From: the human T2T-CHM13v2.0 reference genome, Homo sapiens
Length of the DNA stretch: 64,000 bases
Strand: one strand, 5' to 3'
Assembly (NCBI RefSeq): GCF_009914755.1
Contig: NC_060937.1
The position numbers were made by a program, and so were the translations under genes. Positions 39,801-51,628 of this stretch are shown here, piece after piece. A model generated the notes under the pieces. The model was not told the DNA's origin, did not search any database, and was given only the letters and a program-made list of their open reading frames with translations. Each line of letters starts with the position of its first letter. Positions within the stretch are counted from its first letter, which is position 1.

Positions 39801-42622
39801 TTTCTGAGAATGCTTCTGTCTATTTTTTATGGGAAGATATTTCCTTTTTCACCGTAGGCGTCAAGGCGATCGAAATGTCCACTTCCACAAACTACAAAAA
39901 GAGTGTTTCAAACCTGCTCTATGAAAGGCCATGTTCATCTCTATGAGTCGAATGGAAATATCCGAAAGAAATTTCTGGGAATGCTGCTGTCTAGTTTTTA
40001 TACGAATTCCCGCTTCCAACGAAATCCTCAAAGCAATCCAAATATCCACTTGCAGAATCCACAAAAAGAGTGTTTCAAAACTGCTCTATCAATAGAAAGG
40101 TTCAACTCTTTTAGTTGAGTACACACATCACAAACAAGTTTCTGAGAATGCTTCTGTCTGGCTTTTATTGGAAGACGTTTCCTTTTCACCAAAGGCATCA
40201 AAGCGCTCCAAATGTCCACTTCCAGATTCTTCCAAAAGAGTGTTTGAAACGTGCTCAAAGTAAGGGAATGTTCAACTCTGTGACTTGAATGCAGATATCA
40301 CCAAGTAGTTTCTAATAGTGCTTCTGTCTAGATTTTAGATGATGATATTCCCGTTTCCAACGAAATCGTTAGAGCTATCCAAATATCCACTTACAGTTTC
40401 TACAAAAAGAGTGTTTCCAAACTGCTGCATCAAAAGAAAGGTTCAACTCTGTTAGTTGAGGACACACATCACAAAGAAGTTTGTGAGAATGCTTCTGTCT
40501 AGATTTTGTATGACCATATTCCCTTTTCCAGCGATATCATTAAAGCAATCTAAATATCCATTTGCAGAATCCACAAAAATAGAGTTTCAAAGCTGCTCTG
40601 TAAAAAGAAAGGTTCCACTCTGTTAGCTGAGTACACACATCACAAACTTGTTTCTCAGAATCCTTCTGTCTCGTTTTTATGGGAAGATATTTACTTTTTC
40701 ACCGTAGGCATCAAAGCGCTCCAAATGTCCACATCCAGATACTCCAGAAAGAGTGTTTCAAACCTGCTCTATGAAAGGGAATCTTCAACTCTATGAGTTG
40801 AATGCAGACATCAGAAAGAAATTTCTGAGAATGCTGCTGTCTACCTTTTATTTGAATTCCCGCTTCCAACGAAATCCTCCAAGCTATCCAAATATCCACC
40901 TGCATTTTCCACAAAAAGAGCGTTTCAAAACTGCTCTATCAATAGAAATGTTCAACTCCTTTGGCTGGGTACACACATCACAAACAAGTTTCTGAGAATG
41001 CTTCTGTCTAGTTTTTATGGGAAGACATTCCCTTTTTCACCAAAGGCATCAAAGCGCTCCAAATGTCCACTTCCAGACACTACAAAAAGAGTGTTTCCAA
41101 CGTGCTCTAAGAAAGCGAATGTTCAACTCTGTGACTTGAATGCAGATATCACAAAGTAGTTTCTGAGAGGGCTTCTGTCTAGATTTTAGATGATGATATT
41201 CCCGTTTCCAACGAAATCATTAGAGCTATCCAAATATCCACTTACAGTTTCTACAAAAAGAGTGTTTCCAAACTGCTGCATCAAAAGAGAGGTTCCACTC
41301 TGTTAGCTGAGTACACACATCACAAACTTGTTTCTCAGAATCCTTCTGTCTCGTTTTTCTGGGAAGATATTTACTTTTTCACCGTAGGCATCAAAGCGCT
41401 CCAAATGTCCACATCCAGATACTCCAGAAAGAGTGTTTCAAACCTGCTCTATGAAAGGGAATCTTCAACTCTATGAGTTGAATGCAGACATCAGAAAGAA
41501 ATTTCTGAGAATGCTGCTGTCTACCTTTTATTTGAATTCCCGCTTCCAACGAAATCCTCCAAGCTATCCAAATATCCACTTGCAGATTCCACACAAAGAG
41601 TGTTTTAAAACTGCTCTCTATCAATGGCAAAGTTCAACTCTGTTAGTTGAGGACACATATCACCAACAAGTTTCTGAGAATGCTTCTGTCTATTTTTTAT
41701 GGGAAGATAATTCCTTTTTCACCGTAGGCGTCAAGGCGATCAAAATGTCCACTTCCACAAACTACAAAAAGAGTGTTTCAAACCTGCTCTATGAAAGGCC
41801 ATGTTCATCTCTATGAGTCGAATGGAAATATCCGAAAGAAATTTCTGGGAATGCTGCTGTCTAGTTTTTATACGAATTCCCGCTTCCAACGAAATCCTCA
41901 AAGCAATCCAAATATCCACTTGCAGAATCCACAAAAAGAGTGTTTCAAAACTGCTCTATCAATAGAAAGGTTCAACTCTTTTAGTTGAGTACACACATCA
42001 CAAACAAGTTTCTGAGAATGCTTCTGTCTGGCTTTTATTGGAAGACGTTTCCTTTTCACCAAAGGCATCAAAGCGCTCCAAATGTCCACTTCCAGATTCT
42101 TCCAAAAGAGTGTTTGAAACGTGCTCAAAGTAAGGGAATGTTCAACTCTGTGACTTGAATGCAGATATCACCAAGTAGTTTCTAATAGTGCTTCTGTCTA
42201 GATTTTAGATGATGATATTCCCGTTTCCAACGAAATCGTTAGAGCTATCCAAATATCCACTTACAGTTTCTACAAAAAGAGTGTTTCCAAACTGCTGCAT
42301 CAAAAGAAAGGTTCAACTCTGTTAGTTGAGGACACACATCACAAAGAAGTTTGTGAGAATGCTTCTGTCTAGATTTTGTATGACCATATTCCCTTTTCCA
42401 GCGATATCATTAAAGCAATCTAAATATCCATTTGCAGAATCCACAAAAATAGAGTTTCAAAGCTGCTCTGTAAAAAGAAAGGTTCCACTCTGTTAGCTGA
42501 GTACACACATCACAAACTTGTTTCTCAGAATCCTTCTGTCTCGTTTTTATGGGAAGATATTTACTTTTTCACCGTAGGCATCAAAGCGCTCCAAATGTCC
42601 ACATCCAGATACTCCAGAAAGA
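27839..42622 (-). repeat. Three tandem 29-mer super-repeats (7b+4b+7b+4a+7a*, 4928 bp)
   Basis: Four private SNVs recur exactly 4928 bp apart (31738/36666/41594, 31750/36678/41606, 31854/36782/41710, 31886/36814/41742). 14784 = 3 x 4928. Confidence 0.93.
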
Positions 42623-45172
42623 GTGTTTCAAACCTGCTCTATGAAAGGGAATCTTCAACTCTATGAGTTGAATGCAGACATCAGAAAGAAATTTCTGAGA
42701 ATGCTGCTGTCTACCTTTTATTTGAATTCCCGCTTCCAACGAAATCCTCCAAGCTATCCAAATATCCACCTGCATTTTCCACAAAAAGAGCGTTTCAAAA
42801 CTGCTCTATCAATAGAAATGTTCAACTCCTTTGGCTGGGTACACACATCACAAACAAGTTTCTGAGAATGCTTCTGTCTAGTTTTTATGGGAAGACATTC
42901 CCTTTTTCACCAAAGGCATCAAAGCGCTCCAAATGTCCACTTCCAGACACTACAAAAAGAGTGTTTCCAACGTGCTCTAAGAAAGCGAATGTTCAACTCT
43001 GTGACTTGAATGCAGATATCACAAAGTAGTTTCTGAGAGGGCTTCTGTCTAGATTTTAGATGATGATATTCCCGTTTCCAACGAAATCATTAGAGCTATC
43101 CAAATATCCACTTACAGTTTCTACAAAAAGAGTGTTTCCAAACTGCTGCATCGAAAGAGAGTTTCCACTCTGTTAGCTGAGTACACACATCACAAACTTG
43201 TTTCTGAGAATCCTTCTGTCTCGTTTTTATGGGAAGATATTTACTTTTTCACCGTAGGCATCAAAGCGCTCCAAATGTCCACATCCAGATACTCCAGAAA
43301 GAGTGTTTCAAACCTGCTCTATGAAAGGGAATCTTCAACTCTATGAGTTGAATGCAGACATCAGAAAGAAATTTCTGAGAATGCCGCTGTCTACCTTTTA
43401 TTTGAACTCCCGCTTCCAACGAAATCCTCCAAGCTATCCAAATATCCACTTGCATTTTCCACAAAAAGAGTGCTTCAAAACTGCTCTATCAATAGAAATG
43501 TTCAACTCCTTTAGCTGGGTGCACACATCACAAACAAGTTTCTGAGAATGCTTCTGTCTAGTTTTTATGGGAAGACATTCCCTTTTTCACCAAAGGCATC
43601 AAAGCGCTCCAAATGTCCACTTCCAGACACTACAAAAAGAGTGTTTCCAACGTGCTCTAAGAAAGCGAATGTTCAACTCTGTGACTTGAATGCAGATATC
43701 ACAAAGTAGTTTCTGAGAGGGCTTCTGTCCAGATTTTAGATGATGATATTCCCGTTTCCAACGAAATCATTAGAGCTATCCAAATATCCACTTACAGTTT
43801 CTACAAAAAGAGTGTTTCCAAACTGCTGCATCAAAAGAGAGGTTCCACTCTGTTAGCTGAGTACACACATCACAAACTTGTTTCTCAGAATCCTTCTGTC
43901 TCGTTTTTCTGGGAAGATATTTACTTTTTCACCGTAGGCATCAAAGCGCTCCAAATGTCCACATCCAGATACTCCAGAAAGAGTGTTTCAAACCTGCTCT
44001 ATGAAAGGGAATCTTCAACTCTATGAGTTGAATGCAGACATCAGAAAGAAATTTCTGAGAATGCTGCTGTCTACCTTTTATTTGAATTCCCGCTTCCAAC
44101 GAAATCCTCCAAGCTATCCAAATATCCACTTGCAGATTCCACAAAAAGAGTGTTTCAAAACTGCTCTCTATCAATGGCAAAGTTCAACTCTGTTAGTTGA
44201 GGACACATATCACCAACAAGTTTCTGAGAATGCTTCTGTCTATTTTTTATGGGAAGATATTTCCTTTTTCACCGTAGGCGTCAAGGCGATCGAAATGTCC
44301 ACTTCCACAAACTACAAAAAGAGTGTTTCAAACCTGCTCTATGAAAGGCCATGTTCATCTCTATGAGTCGAATGGAAATATCCGAAAGAAATTTCTGGGA
44401 ATGCTGCTGTCTAGTTTTTATACGAATTCCCGCTTCCAACGAAATCCTCAAAGCAATCCAAATATCCACTTGCAGAATCCACAAAAAGAGTGTTTCAAAA
44501 CTGCTCTATCAATAGAAAGGTTCAACTCTTTTAGTTGAGTACACACATCACAAACAAGTTTCTGAGAATGCTTCTGTCTGGCTTTTATTGGAAGACGTTT
44601 CCTTTTCACCAAAGGCATCAAAGCGCTCCAAATGTCCACTTCCAGATTCTTCCAAAAGAGTGTTTGAAACGTGCTCAAAGTAAGGGAATGTTCAACTCTG
44701 TGACTTGAATGCAGATATCACCAAGTAGTTTCTAATAGTGCTTCTGTCTAGATTTTAGATGATGATATTCCCGTTTCCAACGAAATCGTTAGAGCTATCC
44801 AAATATCCACTTACAGTTTCTACAAAAAGAGTGTTTCCAAACTGCTGCATCAAAAGAAAGGTTCAACTCTGTTAGTTGAGGACACACATCACAAAGAAGT
44901 TTGTGAGAATGCTTCTGTCTAGATTTTGTATGACCATATTCCCTTTTCCAGCGATATCATTAAAGCAATCTAAATATCCATTTGCAGAATCCACAAAAAT
45001 AGAGTTTCAAAGCTGCTCTGTAAAAAGAAAGGTTCCACTCTGTTAGCTGAGTACACACATCACAAACTTGTTTCTGAGAATCCTTCTGTCTCGTTTTTAT
45101 GGGAAGATATTTACTTTTTCACCGTAGGCATCAAAGCGCTCCAAATGTCCACATCCAGATACTCCAGAAAGA

Positions 45173-48100
45173 GTGTTTCAAACCTGCTCTATGAAAGGGA
45201 ATCTTCAACTCTATGAGTTGAATGCAGACATCAGAAAGAAATTTCTGAGAATGCCGCTGTCTACCTTTTATTTGAACTCCCGCTTCCAACGAAATCCTCC
45301 AAGCTATCCAAATATCCACTTGCATTTTCCACAAAAAGAGTGCTTCAAAACTGCTCTATCAATAGAAATGTTCAACTCCTTTAGCTGGGTGCACACATCA
45401 CAAACAAGTTTCTGAGAATGCTTCTGTCTAGTTTTTATGGGAAGACATTCCCTTTTTCACCAAAGGCATCAAAGCGCTCCAAATGTCCACTTCCAGACAC
45501 TACAAAAAGAGTGTTTCCAACGTGCTCTAAGAAAGCGAATGTTCAACTCTGTGACTTGAATGCAGATATCACAAAGTAGTTTCTGAGAGGGCTTCTGTCC
45601 AGATTTTAGATGATGATATTCCCGTTTCCAACGAAATCATTAGAGCTATCCAAATATCCACTTACAGTTTCTACAAAAAGAGTGTTTCCAAACTGCTGCA
45701 TCAAAAGAGAGGTTCCACTCTGTTAGCTGAGTACACACATCACAAACTTGTTTCTCAGAATCCTTCTGTCTCGTTTTTCTGGGAAGATATTTACTTTTTC
45801 ACCGTAGGCATCAAAGCGCTCCAAATGTCCACATCCAGATACTCCAGAAAGAGTGTTTCAAACCTGCTCTATGAAAGGGAATCTTCAACTCTATGAGTTG
45901 AATGCAGACATCAGAAAGAAATTTCTGAGAATGCTGCTGTCTACCTTTTATTTGAATTCCCGCTTCCAACGAAATCCTCCAAGCTATCCAAATATCCACT
46001 TGCAGATTCCACAAAAAGAGTGTTTCAAAACTGCTCTCTATCAATGGCAAAGTTCAACTCTGTTAGTTGAGGACACATATCACCAACAAGTTTCTGAGAA
46101 TGCTTCTGTCTATTTTTTATGGGAAGATATTTCCTTTTTCACCGTAGGCGTCAAGGCGATCGAAATGTCCACTTCCACAAACTACAAAAAGAGTGTTTCA
46201 AACCTGCTCTATGAAAGGCCATGTTCATCTCTATGAGTCGAATGGAAATATCCGAAAGAAATTTCTGGGAATGCTGCTGTCTAGTTTTTATACGAATTCC
46301 CGCTTCCAACGAAATCCTCAAAGCAATCCAAATATCCACTTGCAGAATCCACAAAAAGAGTGTTTCAAAACTGCTCTATCAATAGAAAGGTTCAACTCTT
46401 TTAGTTGAGTACACACATCACAAACAAGTTTCTGAGAATGCTTCTGTCTGGCTTTTATTGGAAGACGTTTCCTTTTCACCAAAGGCATCAAAGCGCTCCA
46501 AATGTCCACTTCCAGATTCTTCCAAAAGAGTGTTTGAAACGTGCTCAAAGTAAGGGAATGTTCAACTCTGTGACTTGAATGCAGATATCACCAAGTAGTT
46601 TCTAATAGTGCTTCTGTCTAGATTTTAGATGATGATATTCCCGTTTCCAACGAAATCGTTAGAGCTATCCAAATATCCACTTACAGTTTCTACAAAAAGA
46701 GTGTTTCCAAACTGCTGCATCAAAAGAAAGGTTCAACTCTGTTAGTTGAGGACACACATCACAAAGAAGTTTGTGAGAATGCTTCTGTCTAGATTTTGTA
46801 TGACCATATTCCCTTTTCCAGCGATATCATTAAAGCAATCTAAATATCCATTTGCAGAATCCACAAAAATAGAGTTTCAAAGCTGCTCTGTAAAAAGAAA
46901 GGTTCCACTCTGTTAGCTGAGTACACACATCACAAACTTGTTTCTGAGAATCCTTCTGTCTCGTTTTTATGGGAAGATATTTACTTTTTCACCGTAGGCA
47001 TCAAAGCGCTCCAAATGTCCACATCCAGATACTCCAGAAAGAGTGTTTCAAACCTGCTCTATGAAAGGGAATCTTCAACTCTATGAGTTGAATGCAGACA
47101 TCAGAAAGAAATTTCTGAGAATGCTGCTGTCTACCTTTTATTTGAACTCCCGCTTCCAACGAAATCCTCCAAGCTATCCAAATATCCACTTGCATTTTCC
47201 ACAAAAAGAGTGCTTCAAAACTGCTCTATCAATAAATGTTCAACTCCTTTAGCTGGGTGCACACATCACAAACAAGTTTCTGAGAATGCTTCTGTCTAGT
47301 TTTTATGGGAAGACATTCCCTTTTTCACCAAAGGCATCAAAGCGCTCCAAATGTCCACTTCCAGACACTACAAAAAGAGTGTTTCCAACGTGCTCTAAGA
47401 AAGCGAATGTTCAACTCTGTGACTTGAATGCAGATATCACAAAGTAGTTTCTGAGAGGGCTTCTGTCTAGATTTTAGATGATGATATTCCCGTTTCCAAC
47501 GAAATCATTAGAGCTATCCAAATATCCACTTACAGTTTCTACAAAAAGAGTGTTTCCAAACTGCTGCATCAAAAGAGAGGTTCCACTCTGTTAGCTGAGT
47601 ACACACATCACAAACTTGTTTCTGAGAATCCTTCTGTCTCGTTTTTATGGGAAGATATTTACTTTTTCACCGTAGGCATCAAAGCGCTCCAAATGTCCAC
47701 ATCCAGATACTCCAGAAAGAGTGTTTCAAACCTGCTCTATGAAAGGGAATCTTCAACTCTATGAGTTGAATGCAGACATCAGAAAGAAATTTCTGAGAAT
47801 GCTGCTGTCTACCTTTTATTTGAATTCCCGCTTCCAACGAAATCCTCCAAGCTATCCAAATATCCACCTGCATTTTCCACAAAAAGAGCGTTTCAAAACT
47901 GCTCTATCAATAGAAATGTTCAACTCCTTTGGCTGGGTACACACATCACAAACAAGTTTCTGAGAATGCTTCTGTCTAGTTTTTATGGGAAGACATTCCC
48001 TTTTTCACCAAAGGCATCAAAGCGCTCCAAATGTCCACTTCCAGACACTACAAAAAGAGTGTTTCCAACGTGCTCTAAGAAAGCGAATGTTCAACTCTGT

Positions 48101-51100
48101 GACTTGAATGCAGATATCACAAAGTAGTTTCTGAGAGGGCTTCTGTCTAGATTTTAGATGATGATATTCCCGTTTCCAACGAAATCATTAGAGCTATCCA
48201 AATATCCACTTACAGTTTCTACAAAAAGAGTGTTTCCAAACTGCTGCATCGAAAGAGAGGTTCCACTCTGTTAGCTGAGTACACACATCACAAACTTGTT
48301 TCTGAGAATCCTTCTGTCTCGTTTTTATGGGAAGATATTTACTTTTTCACCGTAGGCATCAAAGCGCTCCAAATGTCCACATCCAGATACTCCAGAAAGA
48401 GTGTTTCAAACCTGCTCTATGAAAGGGAATCTTCAACTCTATGAGTTGAATGCAGACATCAGAAAGAAATTTCTGAGAATGCCGCTGTCTACCTTTTATT
48501 TGAACTCCCGCTTCCAACGAAATCCTCCAAGCTATCCAAATATCCACTTGCATTTTCCACAAAAAGAGTGCTTCAAAACTGCTCTATCAATAGAAATGTT
48601 CAACTCCTTTAGCTGGGTGCACACATCACAAACAAGTTTCTGAGAATGCTTCTGTCTAGTTTTTATGGGAAGACATTCCCTTTTTCACCAAAGGCATCAA
48701 AGCGCTCCAAATGTCCACTTCCAGACACTACAAAAAGAGTGTTTCCAACGTGCTCTAAGAAAGCGAATGTTCAACTCTGTGACTTGAATGCAGATATCAC
48801 AAAGTAGTTTCTGAGAGGGCTTCTGTCCAGATTTTAGATGATGATATTCCCGTTTCCAACGAAATCATTAGAGCTATCCAAATATCCACTTACAGTTTCT
48901 ACAAAAAGAGTGTTTCCAAACTGCTGCATCAAAAGAGAGGTTCCACTCTGTTAGCTGAGTACACACATCACAAACTTGTTTCTCAGAATCCTTCTGTCTC
49001 GTTTTTCTGGGAAGATATTTACTTTTTCACCGTAGGCATCAAAGCGCTCCAAATGTCCACATCCAGATACTCCAGAAAGAGTGTTTCAAACCTGCTCTAT
49101 GAAAGGGAATCTTCAACTCTATGAGTTGAATGCAGACATCAGAAAGAAATTTCTGAGAATGCTGCTGTCTACCTTTTATTTGAATTCCCGCTTCCAACGA
49201 AATCCTCCAAGCTATCCAAATATCCACTTGCAGATTCCACAAAAAGAGTGTTTCAAAACTGCTCTCTATCAATGGCAAAGTTCAACTCTGTTAGTTGAGG
49301 ACACATATCACCAACAAGTTTCTGAGAATGCTTCTGTCTATTTTTTATGGGAAGATATTTCCTTTTTCACCGTAGGCGTCAAGGCGATCGAAATGTCCAC
49401 TTCCACAAACTACAAAAAGAGTGTTTCAAACCTGCTCTATGAAAGGCCATGTTCATCTCTATGAGTCGAATGGAAATATCCGAAAGAAATTTCTGGGAAT
49501 GCTGCTGTCTAGTTTTTATACGAATTCCCGCTTCCAACGAAATCCTCAAAGCAATCCAAATATCCACTTGCAGAATCCACAAAAAGAGTGTTTCAAAACT
49601 GCTCTATCAATAGAAAGGTTCAACTCTTTTAGTTGAGTACACACATCACAAACAAGTTTCTGAGAATGCTTCTGTCTGGCTTTTATTGGAAGACGTTTCC
49701 TTTTCACCAAAGGCATCAAAGCGCTCCAAATGTCCACTTCCAGATTCTTCCAAAAGAGTGTTTGAAACGTGCTCAAAGTAAGGGAATGTTCAACTCTGTG
49801 ACTTGAATGCAGATATCACCAAGTAGTTTCTAATAGTGCTTCTGTCTAGATTTTAGATGATGATATTCCCGTTTCCAACGAAATCGTTAGAGCTATCCAA
49901 ATATCCACTTACAGTTTCTACAAAAAGAGTGTTTCCAAACTGCTGCATCAAAAGAAAGGTTCAACTCTGTTAGTTGAGGACACACATCACAAAGAAGTTT
50001 GTGAGAATGCTTCTGTCTAGATTTTGTATGACCATATTCCCTTTTCCAGCGATATCATTAAAGCAATCTAAATATCCATTTGCAGAATCCACAAAAATAG
50101 AGTTTCAAAGCTGCTCTGTAAAAAGAAAGGTTCCACTCTGTTAGCTGAGTACACACATCACAAACTTGTTTCTGAGAATCCTTCTGTCTCGTTTTTATGG
50201 GAAGATATTTACTTTTTCACCGTAGGCATCAAAGCGCTCCAAATGTCCACATCCAGATACTCCAGAAAGAGTGTTTCAAACCTGCTCTATGAAAGGGAAT
50301 CTTCAACTCTATGAGTTGAATGCAGACATCAGAAAGAAATTTCTGAGAATGCTGCTGTCTACCTTTTATTTGAACTCCCGCTTCCAACGAAATCCTCCAA
50401 GCTATCCAAATATCCACTTGCATTTTCCACAAAAAGAGTGCTTCAAAACTGCTCTATCAATAAATGTTCAACTCCTTTAGCTGGGTGCACACATCACAAA
50501 CAAGTTTCTGAGAATGCTTCTGTCTAGTTTTTATGGGAAGACATTCCCTTTTTCACCAAAGGCATCAAAGCGCTCCAAATGTCCACTTCCAGACACTACA
50601 AAAAGAGTGTTTCCAACGTGCTCTAAGAAAGCGAATGTTCAACTCTGTGACTTGAATGCAGATATCACAAAGTAGTTTCTGAGAGGGCTTCTGTCTAGAT
50701 TTTAGATGATGATATTCCCGTTTCCAACGAAATCATTAGAGCTATCCAAATATCCACTTACAGTTTCTACAAAAAGAGTGTTTCCAAACTGCTGCATCAA
50801 AAGAGAGGTTCCACTCTGTTAGCTGAGTACACACATCACAAACTTGTTTCTGAGAATCCTTCTGTCTCGTTTTTATGGGAAGATATTTACTTTTTCACCG
50901 TAGGCATCAAAGCGCTCCAAATGTCCACATCCAGATACTCCAGAAAGAGTGTTTCAAACCTGCTCTATGAAAGGGAATCTTCAACTCTATGAGTTGAATG
51001 CAGACATCAGAAAGAAATTTCTGAGAATGCTGCTGTCTACCTTTTATTTGAATTCCCGCTTCCAACGAAATCCTCCAAGCTATCCAAATATCCACCTGCA

Positions 51101-51628
51101 TTTTCCACAAAAAGAGCGTTTCAAAACTGCTCTATCAATAGAAATGTTCAACTCCTTTGGCTGGGTACACACATCACAAACAAGTTTCTGAGAATGCTTC
51201 TGTCTAGTTTTTATGGGAAGACATTCCCTTTTTCACCAAAGGCATCAAAGCGCTCCAAATGTCCACTTCCAGACACTACAAAAAGAGTGTTTCCAACGTG
51301 CTCTAAGAAAGCGAATGTTCAACTCTGTGACTTGAATGCAGATATCACAAAGTAGTTTCTGAGAGGGCTTCTGTCTAGATTTTAGATGATGATATTCCCG
51401 TTTCCAACGAAATCATTAGAGCTATCCAAATATCCACTTACAGTTTCTACAAAAAGAGTGTTTCCAAACTGCTGCATCAAAAGAGAGGTTCCACTCTGTT
51501 AGCTGAGTACACACATCACAAACTTGTTTCTCAGAATCCTTCTGTCTCGTTTTTCTGGGAAGATATTTACTTTTTCACCGTAGGCATCAAAGCGCTCCAA
51601 ATGTCCACATCCAGATACTCCAGAAAGA
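45173..51628 (-). repeat. Two tandem 19-mer super-repeats (4c+7b+4b+4a, 3228 bp)
   Basis: Haplotype order is identical at 45173/45853/47043/47721 and 48401/49081/50271/50949. Confidence 0.88.
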
